The notes under the pieces were generated by a model, which did not search any database, was not told the DNA's origin, and saw only the letters and a program-made list of their open reading frames with translations. This document shows, in pieces, positions 28,036 to 38,110 of a DNA stretch of 54,945 bases. Numbering within the stretch: position 1 is the first letter of the stretch; the number at the start of each line of letters is the position of its first letter. The translations under genes and the position numbers were made by a program. The stretch covers positions 1 to 54,945 of the forward strand of contig CANKJN010000006.1 in assembly GCA_947482345.1 (NCBI GenBank), in the 5' to 3' direction. Source of the DNA: Spartobacteria bacterium (GTDB lineage: Bacteria > Verrucomicrobiota > Verrucomicrobiia > Chthoniobacterales > UBA6821).

Positions 28036-29745
28036 ATGGCTCTGCAGGAAACCGTCCGCGACATCGATTCGGGAACCATCGCCCGAATCCTCAAGATCGG
28101 GATGATTTCCGTCGTCCTGATAGGGCTCTGCATCCTCTATTTTCTGTTCCACTTCAAGGGCCTGGGGACAGAGGCGGCGATGGATCAGGCCCAGATCGCA
28201 CGCTCACTGATCTCGGGGGAGGGATTCAGCACCCGATACATCCGCCCGCTCGCCATCCGACAGCTAAGCGATTCGGGGAAGCCCGTTCCGCCGGGAAATT
28301 TTCCCGATTTCTACAATGCCCCCCTCTTCCCCATGCTTGAGGCGGTAGCCCTTTTGCCGGTGAAGAACCGGATCGAGATGGCACCCACCGACATCCTCTG
28401 CAAGGGAGACCAGGCCCTCGCACTGCTCGGCACCCTCCTGATGTTCGCCGGTGTCCTTGTCTGGTATTTCGCCGGACGACTGCTCTTCGATAAGACCCTG
28501 GCCACCATCGGGGCGGGCCTCCTCCTTGTGTGCGACCTGATGTGGCAGTATTCGCTGGCGGGGCTTCCCCAGCACCTGCTCATCGTTCTCTTCGGAGGCG
28601 TGACGATCTGCTCCCTGAAGGCGCTTCGGTCCGAGGAAAAGGAAGAGTCGATCACGGCACTACTCTGGCTCGCGGCGGCCGCCTTCCTGCTCGGCCTGAT
28701 GTCCCTCACGCACGGTGTGGCGGCGTTTCTACTCCCCGGCTTCATTGTCTTCTGCCTGCTCGGCTTCCATGCCCGCATCCCTTCCCTGATCCTTCCCCTG
28801 CTCGTCTATGTGGCGACAGTTCTGCCCTGGCTGATTCACAATTTCATCACCTGCGGCAACCCGCTCGGGATCTCCATCTACACCGCGCTTGCCGGCGCGG
28901 GGGTGACGGAGAGCGCCGTCATGCGCGGGGTCAACACGGGACTCACGATGGGTGGCGGGATGGCCACGAAACTGAGGACCGGCCTGGTTGATCAGGCATC
29001 CCATCTGTGGGAATACCTCGGCCTCCATATCATGGCGGTTGTTGCGCTCGTCTCGCTGATGCACCCCTTCCGGAAACCCTCGACCGCCCTCTGGCGCTGG
29101 ATTGTTGTTCTGATGTGGGTCGGGGCTGTCATCGGAATGACTCTCTTCGGGGTGAAGGATGCCGTCTCGGGGAACCAGCTCCACATCATCTTCCTGCCCG
29201 CGTTCGTCCTCTACGGCACCGCCTTCATCCTCGTCCTCTGGAACAGGCTCAATATCAGCCACAAGCCGCTCCGCATCGCGTTTCTCACGGCCATCTTCAT
29301 CGTGGCCGCCGGCCCGATGCTCTTGAGGCTCGTTGTGGGATCGCAGGCCCGAATCCAGTGGCCGCCGTATGTTCCGCCCTTCATTTCCGCACTCCACAAC
29401 TGGTACAAGCCCCAGGAAATCCTCTCCTCCGACATGCCTTGGGCGGTTGCCTGGTATGCCAAGCGGAAGTGCCTCCTCCTTCCTGAGACGATCCGTCAGT
29501 TCAACGAGATCTCCGACTTCGGAACCCTCGGATCACCGATCGTCGGCCTCTACCTCACCCCGATTTCCGGAGGGCAGGAATTCCTCTCGCTGATCAAGGG
29601 GCCTTACAAGGAATGGGCCCCCGTGATCATGAGGACGGTGAACCTGAACGACTTCCTGCTCAAGAGCTTCACCCCGCTCCCGATCGACGGCGAATGCATC
29701 CTCTATTCCGACACCGAGCGATGGGCTTCCAAGAACCGCCGCTGA
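28036..29745 (+). CDS. Multi-pass membrane protein, probable GT-C fold glycosyltransferase
   Basis: EAAMDQAQIARSL..GEGF, P.FP motif, many TM helices, PWLIHNF, SSDMPWAVAWY. Confidence 0.7.
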   Translation: MALQETVRDIDSGTIARILKIGMISVVLIGLCILYFLFHFKGLGTEAAMDQAQIARSLISGEGFSTRYIRPLAIRQLSDSGKPVPPGNFPDFYNAPLFPMLEAVALLPVKNRIEMAPTDILCKGDQALALLGTLLMFAGVLVWYFAGRLLFDKTLATIGAGLLLVCDLMWQYSLAGLPQHLLIVLFGGVTICSLKALRSEEKEESITALLWLAAAAFLLGLMSLTHGVAAFLLPGFIVFCLLGFHARIPSLILPLLVYVATVLPWLIHNFITCGNPLGISIYTALAGAGVTESAVMRGVNTGLTMGGGMATKLRTGLVDQASHLWEYLGLHIMAVVALVSLMHPFRKPSTALWRWIVVLMWVGAVIGMTLFGVKDAVSGNQLHIIFLPAFVLYGTAFILVLWNRLNISHKPLRIAFLTAIFIVAAGPMLLRLVVGSQARIQWPPYVPPFISALHNWYKPQEILSSDMPWAVAWYAKRKCLLLPETIRQFNEISDFGTLGSPIVGLYLTPISGGQEFLSLIKGPYKEWAPVIMRTVNLNDFLLKSFTPLPIDGECILYSDTERWASKNRR

Positions 29746-29752
29746 ACACCTC

Positions 29753-30004
29753 ATGAGCAAGACCTCCGCAAAAGGCCCCGACTCCGAAGGATCCATCGAG
29801 CACGCTCTGGGCCGGCTCGAGTCCATTGTCGAGGAGATCGAGAAAACCCCGCCGCCGCTCGAGACACTCATCGAACGCTATGAAGAGGGAATGAAGCTGC
29901 TGCAGGTCTGCCGCGAGAAGCTCGATGCCGCCGAGAAACGGATCGAGATCATCACCCATTCGGGGCGCGGGGAGCCGGCACTGGAACCCTTCGAGGAATC
30001 GTGA
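29753..30004 (+). CDS. xseB: Exodeoxyribonuclease VII small subunit
   Basis: EHALGRLESIVEEIE...LETLIERYEEGMKLLQVCREKLDAAEKRIE. Confidence 0.93.
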   Translation: MSKTSAKGPDSEGSIEHALGRLESIVEEIEKTPPPLETLIERYEEGMKLLQVCREKLDAAEKRIEIITHSGRGEPALEPFEES

Positions 30005-31899
30005 GTTCCCCACGCCTGCTCGACGGGATCGACTCTCCCGCGGATCTTAAGAAACTCCCCGAGAAGGATCTCCCGCTGCTCGCGCAGGAAATCCGCGACG
30101 AGCTGATCGGCACGCTTGCGGAAACCGGCGGCCACCTCGGGCCGAACCTCGGCGTGGTCGAACTGACGATCGCCCTCCACCGCGTCTTCGACACCCCGGC
30201 CGACAAGCTCCTCTTCGATGTCAGCCACCAGGGCTACATCCACAAGATCCTGACCGGACGCCGCAGGCAGCTGGGGACCATGCGCCAGCACGGGGGCCTC
30301 AACGGATTCCTGCTCCGCACCGAAAGCGAGCACGACTGCTACGGCGCGGGACATGCCGGCACGGCCCTCTCGGCGGCTCTCGGGATGGCCGCGGCGCGGG
30401 ACATGAACGGCGGAAGCGAGCACGTCGTCGCCGTTGCGGGCGATGCGGCCTTCACCTGCGGGGTCAGCTACGAGGCGCTCAACAACGTCGCGGAGACCAC
30501 CAGGAAATTCATCGTCGTCCTGAACGACAACGAGTGGTCGATTGCCAGGAACACGGGAGCGATCGCACAGCACCTCAACCGGATCGCCACCAGCCCCGCC
30601 TACGCCCACCTGCACGAGCAGGCCGCGAAGTTCGTCGAGTGGATCGGGGGCAAGTCCGCGCGGCAGCTGGCACACAAGATCGAGGCCGGGGTGAAACAGA
30701 TTCTGCTGCCGGGTGTGATCTTCGAGAATCTCGGCCTCCGTTACTTCGGGCCGATCGACGGCCATGACATCCCTCTGCTGATCCGCACCTTCGAGTTTCT
30801 CAAGGCCCAGAACGAGCCCGTCATCCTCCATATCCTGACCAAGAAGGGGAAGGGTTACGCCCCGGCGCTGGCCCAGCCCGACAAGTTCCACGGGCTTGGA
30901 AAATACCAGCCCGCCACCGGCGAGACCGTCGCCGCCGCGACGCCCACCTATTCCGAAATCTTCGGAAAGACACTGGCCGACTTCGCCGACCACAACCGCA
31001 AGATCGTCGCGATCACCGCAGCGATGCCGAACGGCACAGGCCTCACCCGGTTTGCCGAACGGCACGCCGACCGCTTCTACGATGTCGGGATCGCCGAGGA
31101 GCACGCCGCCCTCTTTGCGGCCGGGATGGCCACCCGTGGCATGAAGCCTTTCCTCACGATCTATTCGACCTTCATGCAGCGGGCCTTCGACATGATCGTC
31201 CATGACATCGCCCTGCAGAACCTCAACGTCGCGCTCTGCATGGATCGCGCCGGACTCTCCGGCGATGACGGACCGACTCACCACGGGCTCTTCGACATCG
31301 CCTACCTTCGGAGCATTCCGGGCGTGATTGCCATGCAGCCCAGGGACGAGGAGGAATTCGCCGACATGCTCTGGACGATGGCCAACCACCATGAGGGACC
31401 GATCGCGATCCGCTATCCCCGTGGCGCGGGAACAGGTGCCGTCCCGAGGACGGCACCACGGCTGCTTGAGATCGGCAAGGCGGAGGTACTGCGGCACGGC
31501 CCCGACGTGGCACTCTTCGGCCTCGGCAATTTCTGCGAGGTGGCCACCGAAACCGCAGAGATCCTTGCTCGGCACGGCATCAATGCCGCCGTGATCAATC
31601 CTCGCTGGATCAAGCCGCTCGACACGGGGACGCTCGAGTTCTTTGCCCGCAGCGTGCAGGTCCTTTGCACCCTGGAGGATCATGCCGTGACGGGCGGTTT
31701 CGGCGCGGCCGTGGCCGAGCACCTTTCGGAAGCAGGCATTACAACGCCGCTGATCCGCGTCGGTTGGCCCGACCAGTTCATCGAGCATGGCTCCGTCGCC
31801 ATCCTTAGGGAGAAATACGGCATGACAGCCAAGGCCGCTGCCGACCGGATCCTGAAAGCCTTCAGGAACTCGGCCACCAAAAAGGGCGCCAGTCTTTAG
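30001..31899 (+). CDS. dxs: 1-deoxy-D-xylulose-5-phosphate synthase
   Basis: GGHLGPNLGVVELT, YFGPIDGHD, DVGIAEEHA, DRAGLSGDDGPTHHG, IRYPRG. Confidence 0.97.
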   Translation: MSSPRLLDGIDSPADLKKLPEKDLPLLAQEIRDELIGTLAETGGHLGPNLGVVELTIALHRVFDTPADKLLFDVSHQGYIHKILTGRRRQLGTMRQHGGLNGFLLRTESEHDCYGAGHAGTALSAALGMAAARDMNGGSEHVVAVAGDAAFTCGVSYEALNNVAETTRKFIVVLNDNEWSIARNTGAIAQHLNRIATSPAYAHLHEQAAKFVEWIGGKSARQLAHKIEAGVKQILLPGVIFENLGLRYFGPIDGHDIPLLIRTFEFLKAQNEPVILHILTKKGKGYAPALAQPDKFHGLGKYQPATGETVAAATPTYSEIFGKTLADFADHNRKIVAITAAMPNGTGLTRFAERHADRFYDVGIAEEHAALFAAGMATRGMKPFLTIYSTFMQRAFDMIVHDIALQNLNVALCMDRAGLSGDDGPTHHGLFDIAYLRSIPGVIAMQPRDEEEFADMLWTMANHHEGPIAIRYPRGAGTGAVPRTAPRLLEIGKAEVLRHGPDVALFGLGNFCEVATETAEILARHGINAAVINPRWIKPLDTGTLEFFARSVQVLCTLEDHAVTGGFGAAVAEHLSEAGITTPLIRVGWPDQFIEHGSVAILREKYGMTAKAAADRILKAFRNSATKKGASL

Positions 31900-31993
31900 A
31901 GCAAACTAAACTGATTCATAGCCACAAAAAGCACAGGATGCGCAGAAATGGAGAGTAAAACCATTGACGCGATTAGACTGGCAGAATTGGCGA

Positions 31994-32088
31994 AGGGATT
32001 TTGGATGAGGGGCTAGGCGACCAAGCGCCGCTGTATAAATTATACTGCAAGCGCGGGGCAACAACGCCCCGCGCCAAAAGAACAAGCC
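31994..32088. repeat. 95-bp structured dispersed repeat, copy 1
   Basis: Gap-free alignment to 48602-48696 with compensatory stem changes. Confidence 0.85.
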
Positions 32089-32410
32089 TTTATACCTTCT
32101 TTCCGGAGGAGCATCCACAACCCCCTCCACATCCCGGTTTCTTCCTGGCCCTCATCCATCGGGCCACGAAGAATCCACATGCACCGGCCACCAGCGCGAG
32201 AGCGATTCCTGTCTGAAGTTCCTGCGTCATGGCTACAGGTTAGCACCTGTAGGGTATGGGCGATAGGGGATAGGTCATGGGAAGAAAACCGATCCAAGCT
32301 ATTACCGATGCTGGCTCCTGACTTTTCCTTTCCTGTTCTCCTGCTTTCCAGATTCATCTGACGCCCCTCCTAATAGTCTTCAGCCTTCAGCCTATATTCC
32401 TGTTTTTTCC

Positions 32411-34876
32411 TCAGTGAAAGCCCAGCAATCTTCCTCCCTGATAGATGATTAGCGCCGCCAGGTAGGCGGTGCCGGTCATGTAGCAGAACTGGAAGAGGGG
32501 CCAGCGGAAGCTGTTGGTTTCTCGGCGGACAACCGCCAGCGTGCTGACGCACTGCATCGAGAGAACGAAAAAGACGAGGATGGAAAGGCAGGTGAGAGGC
32601 GTGAAGACCGGCGATCCGTCCGCGCGTTTCTGGTCGCGGAGCGTCTGAGCGAGGGCTCCATCCGCCTCATCTTCGCCTTCCTCGACATTGTAGACGATCG
32701 ACATCGTGCCGACGAAGACTTCGCGGGCCGCCTGCGCAGCCACAAGACCGATACCGATCTTCCAGTCCATGCCGAGCGGTGCGATGGCCGGCTCCATGAG
32801 GTGGCCGATCCGCCCGGCAAAGCTGTGCTGGAGCTGCTCCGTCTTGGTCGGCTCCGGCGCCCCTTCCTTGGTCTCCATCTTGGGGAAGGTGGCGAGGAAC
32901 CAGAGGATGATCGAGATGCCAAGGATGACCGTCCCGGCGCGTTTCAGGAAGAGCGCGGAACGCTGCCACATCTGCACGGCGATCTGGCGCAGCGAGGGTA
33001 TCCGGTAGGGAGGCAGCTCCATCAGGAAGAGCGGAGTCTCACCCCTGAGGATCGTCTTCTTGAATAGCCATGCGAAGAGGAGCGCCGCCACGGTACCGAG
33101 CAGGTAGAGACCCATCATGATCGCCCCTTTGCTCCAGACCGACTCGGATGGCAGAAGGGCCGCGATCATCAGGGCGTAAACGGGCAACCTCGCCGAGCAG
33201 CTCATCAGCGGGGCCACAAGGATCGTGACGAGTCGGTCCTTGGGGTTCTCGATCGTGCGCGTCGACATGATGCCGGGGATCGCGCACGCATAGGAACTGA
33301 GAAGCGGAATGAAGGACTTGCCGTGGAGACCGACCTTGCTCATCACGCGGTCCATCAGGAAGGCGGCTCGCGCCATGTAGCCGGTATCCTCGAGAAGGCC
33401 GATGAAGAAGAAGAGGATCAGGATCTGCGGGAGGAAAACGACCACGCCACCCACGCCGGCAATGACGCCGTCGGTGAGCAGATCCCGCAGATCCCCGGGG
33501 GGCATGGCTCCCTGCAGGCCCTCCGAAACCATCGAGAAGCCCTTCTCGATCCAGTCCATCGGGTAGGAGGCGATGGTGAAGATGGAGACGAACATCAGGA
33601 TCATCATCCCGAAGAAGACCATCCAGCCGAAGGCCTTGTGGGTGAGGAGATCGTCGAGATGCTGGGTGAACGTGTCCCCGAGCGCGGTCAGACCCCCCTG
33701 CGCCGCATGGCAGAGCCTGCCGATCCGTTCATAGCGGAGGGCCACCACCGTCTCGCGCCATTCAGGAAGTTCCCGATCAAGGAGCGCCCGCTGGGAGAGG
33801 GCGGCGCCGAGCGCGTTCCCCGCCCCCAATTCGGACCCGAGGGCCTCGCTTTCCGGCTCGGAAGCCGCGAGGAGGATCGCCGCTTTCACACGGATCTCCG
33901 GATCGCGCGGGCGGCGTGCATCGTCGGGCGGGTGATCACCGGGCCAGTGCGAGGCGACGTGATCGGCGGCACGCGTCCACGCGGCGGGCGGTTCACTGCT
34001 CCATGTGCTGTGCGGCACCTCGGCACGACTGAGTGCAAGTCGGAGCGGCAGGAGTGTCTCCTTTCGTGTGGCCTGAACCGGAATGACAGGCACCCCGAGT
34101 TCGGCGGAGAGACGTTCGGCATTCACCGGCGTTCCCTGCGCCCTGGCGACGTCGATCATGTTGAGCGCGATGATGGTCGGGAGTCCCAGCTCGAGGACCT
34201 GCGTGACGAAGTAGAGGTTTCGCTCGAGATGCGAGGCGTCGATCACGCAGAGGATGCGCTCGGGACGGGGCGTGTCCTGACGCAGGTCAAGAAGCACGTC
34301 GCGGGTGATCCGCTCGTCGGGTGCATGGGCCCCGATGCTGTAGCTGCCCGGCAGGTCGAGCAGCTCGATTTTCTCGCCATGCTGGCCGATGAACTGGCCC
34401 GACTTCTTTTCCACGGTGACGCCGGGATAGTTGGCAACCTTCTGGCGCAGCCCCGTCAGGACGTTGAAGAGAGTGGTCTTGCCGCTGTTGGGATTGCCGA
34501 CGACCGCATAGGATTTCGCGCGGACTTCGGTAGCGGTCGCGGTATCAGCCTCCGCGGTGCCGTGATGGGAAACGGCGACCGCCGTCTTGGTCACCGCAAC
34601 GACATGGGCGGGCGGAGGGGGTAGCTTGGCCGCACCCTCAGGCGCGTTCTCCGTCACCTCCGCCATCACCTGGGCGGCGTCGGCACGCCGGATGCTCAGC
34701 TCGAATCCCCTCAGGCGGAACTCCATCGGATCACCCAGAGGAGCGCTCCTCAGGAAGGTCACCGTGGTGCCCCGGAGCAGTCCCATCTCGCGAAGGCGCA
34801 TCGCCAGCGCCTCGTTGCCCGGAAGCCGGGAAACGACGGCACTCTGGCCTGCCTTGAGATGGGAGAGCGGAATCAT
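32411..34876 (-). CDS. feoB: Ferrous iron transporter FeoB with fused N-terminal FeoA domain
   Basis: RLREMGLLRG...APLGDPM (FeoA), GNPNSGKT, NYPGVT, DLPGSY, LEDTGYMARAAF, MELPPYR. Confidence 0.95.
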   Translation of the reverse strand: MIPLSHLKAGQSAVVSRLPGNEALAMRLREMGLLRGTTVTFLRSAPLGDPMEFRLRGFELSIRRADAAQVMAEVTENAPEGAAKLPPPPAHVVAVTKTAVAVSHHGTAEADTATATEVRAKSYAVVGNPNSGKTTLFNVLTGLRQKVANYPGVTVEKKSGQFIGQHGEKIELLDLPGSYSIGAHAPDERITRDVLLDLRQDTPRPERILCVIDASHLERNLYFVTQVLELGLPTIIALNMIDVARAQGTPVNAERLSAELGVPVIPVQATRKETLLPLRLALSRAEVPHSTWSSEPPAAWTRAADHVASHWPGDHPPDDARRPRDPEIRVKAAILLAASEPESEALGSELGAGNALGAALSQRALLDRELPEWRETVVALRYERIGRLCHAAQGGLTALGDTFTQHLDDLLTHKAFGWMVFFGMMILMFVSIFTIASYPMDWIEKGFSMVSEGLQGAMPPGDLRDLLTDGVIAGVGGVVVFLPQILILFFFIGLLEDTGYMARAAFLMDRVMSKVGLHGKSFIPLLSSYACAIPGIMSTRTIENPKDRLVTILVAPLMSCSARLPVYALMIAALLPSESVWSKGAIMMGLYLLGTVAALLFAWLFKKTILRGETPLFLMELPPYRIPSLRQIAVQMWQRSALFLKRAGTVILGISIILWFLATFPKMETKEGAPEPTKTEQLQHSFAGRIGHLMEPAIAPLGMDWKIGIGLVAAQAAREVFVGTMSIVYNVEEGEDEADGALAQTLRDQKRADGSPVFTPLTCLSILVFFVLSMQCVSTLAVVRRETNSFRWPLFQFCYMTGTAYLAALIIYQGGRLLGFH

Positions 34877-34890
34877 GGGTATTCTGCGAG

Positions 34891-34909
34891 ATTGAGACGC
34901 AATATCAAT
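34891..34909. promoter_or_regulatory. Candidate Fur box upstream of feoAB
   Basis: ATTGAGACGCAATATCAAT, 19-bp imperfect palindrome similar to the two boxes at 38030 and 38062. Confidence 0.65.
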
Positions 34910-34969
34910 CGATGATCAAGGTCAAGCCGATCCCCTCTGTCTTTCGATCCCAAAAACCGTCCCTCCGTG

Positions 34970-35560
34970 TTACCGGGTTCTCCAGTCGTAGCGCGCAGCC
35001 GAGCGTTCCCGCCCGACGGCCGACGTGGATTTGCCACGTTCCTCCGCCTTGGGCTTGGGGGCCGCTTTCGACAAGCGCCCGCCCTTGCCTCCCTTGAAAT
35101 TCTTACAGGAGCCGAGCAGGCGAAGCCGGTCGCACGATCCCTCGATGCGGAGCGCCTTCTGCGTGGGGGAAAACCCGAGCCGTCGCGTGATGCAGTTCTG
35201 CATGACGTCGATGTTGGGATCCTCAAACTCGATGATCTCCCGGCAGTCGACGCAAATGAGGTGGTTGTGATGGGGACTGCGCAGGAAGTTCGGATCGTAG
35301 AGCCGCTCCCCGCCACCCAGCGAGATCTCGCGGAGCATGCCGCTCTCCACGAGCAGCAGGATCGTGCGGTAGATGGTGGCGCGGGAGACGGGTCCGTCGC
35401 TCTTGCGCAGCTTGGGGATCAGGTCTTCGGGCCGGAAGTGCTCGTGGTTGCGGAAGATAAGGGTGACGAGCGCCTCACGCTGCTTCGTGAAGCGGAGTCC
35501 CTTGGAGGCGAAGAAGGCCTGCGCCTGACCAAGGACGGCTTGGAGCGATTGCTGGTCCAT
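34970..35560 (-). CDS. Fur-family transcriptional regulator
   Basis: LRFTKQRE, VSRATIYRT, HHNHLICVDC. Confidence 0.93.
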   Translation of the reverse strand: MDQQSLQAVLGQAQAFFASKGLRFTKQREALVTLIFRNHEHFRPEDLIPKLRKSDGPVSRATIYRTILLLVESGMLREISLGGGERLYDPNFLRSPHHNHLICVDCREIIEFEDPNIDVMQNCITRRLGFSPTQKALRIEGSCDRLRLLGSCKNFKGGKGGRLSKAAPKPKAEERGKSTSAVGRERSAARYDWRTR

Positions 35561-35719
35561 GGGACATCACCTTGCTCCGCTTCGCGGTGATCGGAAAGCC
35601 AGAAGTCAAACAGGGTGGTGGGTTTTCTCTTCAACTGCCCCCGCCGCGGAGCATCACCCCCGGAGTTCACGCTGTGGAACCTCTGATGAAATCCCATAAT
35701 GCGATTTCATCAGCAGGTC

Positions 35720-38008
35720 CTAAAACTGGACCTGGACACCGACATACCAGTTGCGCGGCATGGCAGGGTCGATACCGGTCTGGGTGATGCGGGTCGTGTA
35801 CTTGAGATCGAAGAGGTTGTTGATGCCTCCGATGACGCTGAGCCGGTCCTTCAGGAGATTCACCTCATAGGTGAAGTCCCAGACATTGTAGGCCGCCATG
35901 AGGTACTGCTGGGTGTTGTTGTCATTGGCGTAGGCCGAGGCGCTGAATGTCGTGAGCAGACCCAGCTTCAAACGGTCGCGCCAGTTGTAGAGGGCGCCGA
36001 GGCGCAGGAGGTAATCGGGGGTATACTGCGGGGTCTTCCCCTGATACTGGCCGCTGGTGTAGGTACCCTGCTGGAGGGTGTAACCCATCGTGAAGAGCAC
36101 TGAGCCGAAGGTGTCGACGAGACTGTGGATATTCGCCGTGCCCCCTTGCTTGATGTCACCGGGTCCGGTCTGCTTGAGGGTCGAGCGTGTACCGCGCAGG
36201 TCGTCGGCGAGACCCACCGCATCGAGCTGGAGCATGTTGTCCCATCCGATCGTCGAGGAGTTTCCGATCGTCTGGATGATGGTCGTGCTGGGCGTGGGGT
36301 TCACCGAGCCGATCTGGTTGTAGAAGTTCAGGACGAAGTAGCTGCTCTGCCATGCGAGCCAGGGACGGGGATTGCCCCGGAAGCCTCCCTCATAGTTCCA
36401 AGCGATGCTCGGCTGGAGGTTGTTCGGCACGAAGACGTTGGGTGCGTTGGGGATCGACTGACTGAAGGTGACCGGCTTGTAGGACTGGGAGGCGTTGCCG
36501 TAGGCGGTGATCCAGTCGTTGAACTTGTACTCGGCGCCGAATCCCGGGAGCGGTACGAAGGCGTAGTTGCTCTCGTTGGAGAGCGGTTGGCCGGCCTTGG
36601 TCTTGGAGACGTTCACACTCTCGTTGATCGTCTGCCAGATGTTCTCAAAGCGGACGGCGGGGATGAATTGGAACTTCCCGAAGACGAAGCGGTTCTCCGC
36701 GAAGAAGGAGGTATACCAGTTCTGCCGCCAACTCTGGTTGGAGAGCGTGCCGGTCGAGGCCCACGGTTGGGCGCCCGTCTGCTGTGTGAATGGGGACTGC
36801 GTGTTGTAGAGGATCGCTCCGCCGGTGATCGTGTGGGTGTTGCCGAGCCAGTCGTAGTCGTAGCGCAGCTGGGGAAGCAGGCCGAAGGTGTAGAACTGCT
36901 GGTTCTGGATCTGGTTACTCTGCGATTTGGGCCCCGTCGGGATCGTTCCGAAACCGCCGCCGTTCTGACGCTTGCTCCAGCGCCCGTAGTAGTTCCACCA
37001 TCCGCGGAAGCTGAAGAAGGCGCGGTCGCTCAGGTCGTTCTCGTGGATCAGTGAGGCGGCGTAGCGGGTGATGTTGAGATTGTCGTTGAAGCGGGAGGTG
37101 CCGTTCGGATTGGAGTTCCAGTTGACCGCGTTGGGGCCGGTCGCCTTGGTGAGTCCGCCCGGCTCCTGGTTGTAGTTCTGGTAGGCGTCGACAATCAGGT
37201 AGGTGCGCTTCGTCGTCTGCGCCCCCCAGGCGAGCGTGCCGCTCCAGTTGTTGACCGTCCAGGCGCTGTTGGCCTGGCGGAATCCGTCGGTCTGGCGGTG
37301 GTTGTAGTAGCCGTAGTAGCCGAGTTGGCCGACGGTTCCGCCCAACTCGGTGAAGTTGGCGAAGTAGTTGAAGCTTCCGACCGTATTGAGCGAGCGGAGA
37401 CGGAACGGGGTGTCGAGCGGAGGCTTCTCCATGATGTAGTTCACCGCGCCACCAGGTTGGGGCCCGTAGAGAAGGGCTGCCCCGCCCCTCACGATCTCAA
37501 GACGCTTCACCCCGTCGATCGGCGGCGTGTAGTAGGCTTCCGGGTAGCCGAACATGTCGGCGTGGATCGGGATCCCGTCTTTCATTACCTGCATGAACTT
37601 CATGCGGTCGGGAGGAAGGCCGCGCGTGCCGATGCTCACGAGCGGCGTCGACTCCTCCGAGAGGACGACGCCGGCGGTCGTCTGAAGGGCCTGGCGGTAG
37701 TTGTTGTTGTTGATCTGCGGTAGGAGGTTGGGATCGATGTTGTCGGTCCGCTTTCCGGCGAAAATCTCCGCCCCCTCGACATCGGGGAGAAATGGGCTGT
37801 CCTCGGGGGGCTGGAGTTTGTCGATCACTTGAACAGTCTCCATCCGTCGCACCGTCGCCTCCGATTCGCCCTGATCCACGGAAGCCGCGACCGATGCATT
37901 GGTCGGTTCGGCGGCCGCATGCAGCGGAAGATTGAGGGCGAGGCAAGCTGTCATCACGGTGACGGTGAGGACTGCAAGAGGGCGAGGGAGTGGTCCGGTG
38001 AAATGCAT
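35720..38008 (-). CDS. TonB-dependent receptor (FecA-like)
   Basis: Signal peptide, plug motif EIVRGGAALLYGPQPGGAVNY, NNLFD, terminal F; start 38008 or 38026. Confidence 0.92.
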   Translation of the reverse strand: MHFTGPLPRPLAVLTVTVMTACLALNLPLHAAAEPTNASVAASVDQGESEATVRRMETVQVIDKLQPPEDSPFLPDVEGAEIFAGKRTDNIDPNLLPQINNNNYRQALQTTAGVVLSEESTPLVSIGTRGLPPDRMKFMQVMKDGIPIHADMFGYPEAYYTPPIDGVKRLEIVRGGAALLYGPQPGGAVNYIMEKPPLDTPFRLRSLNTVGSFNYFANFTELGGTVGQLGYYGYYNHRQTDGFRQANSAWTVNNWSGTLAWGAQTTKRTYLIVDAYQNYNQEPGGLTKATGPNAVNWNSNPNGTSRFNDNLNITRYAASLIHENDLSDRAFFSFRGWWNYYGRWSKRQNGGGFGTIPTGPKSQSNQIQNQQFYTFGLLPQLRYDYDWLGNTHTITGGAILYNTQSPFTQQTGAQPWASTGTLSNQSWRQNWYTSFFAENRFVFGKFQFIPAVRFENIWQTINESVNVSKTKAGQPLSNESNYAFVPLPGFGAEYKFNDWITAYGNASQSYKPVTFSQSIPNAPNVFVPNNLQPSIAWNYEGGFRGNPRPWLAWQSSYFVLNFYNQIGSVNPTPSTTIIQTIGNSSTIGWDNMLQLDAVGLADDLRGTRSTLKQTGPGDIKQGGTANIHSLVDTFGSVLFTMGYTLQQGTYTSGQYQGKTPQYTPDYLLRLGALYNWRDRLKLGLLTTFSASAYANDNNTQQYLMAAYNVWDFTYEVNLLKDRLSVIGGINNLFDLKYTTRITQTGIDPAMPRNWYVGVQVQF

Positions 38009-38029
38009 GGGGCGAGGTGAATACATGAG

Positions 38030-38080
38030 ATTGAGACCCAGTCGCAATAATATTTCTTGAGAATGAGACCCAGTCGCATT
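38030..38080. promoter_or_regulatory. Two tandem candidate Fur boxes in the divergent receptor/tonB promoter
   Basis: ATTGAGACCCAGTCGCAAT (38030-38048) and AATGAGACCCAGTCGCATT (38062-38080), 32-bp period. Confidence 0.75.
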
Positions 38081-38110
38081 ACACAATACTCCTCCGTTCC
38101 AAGGAATCCC

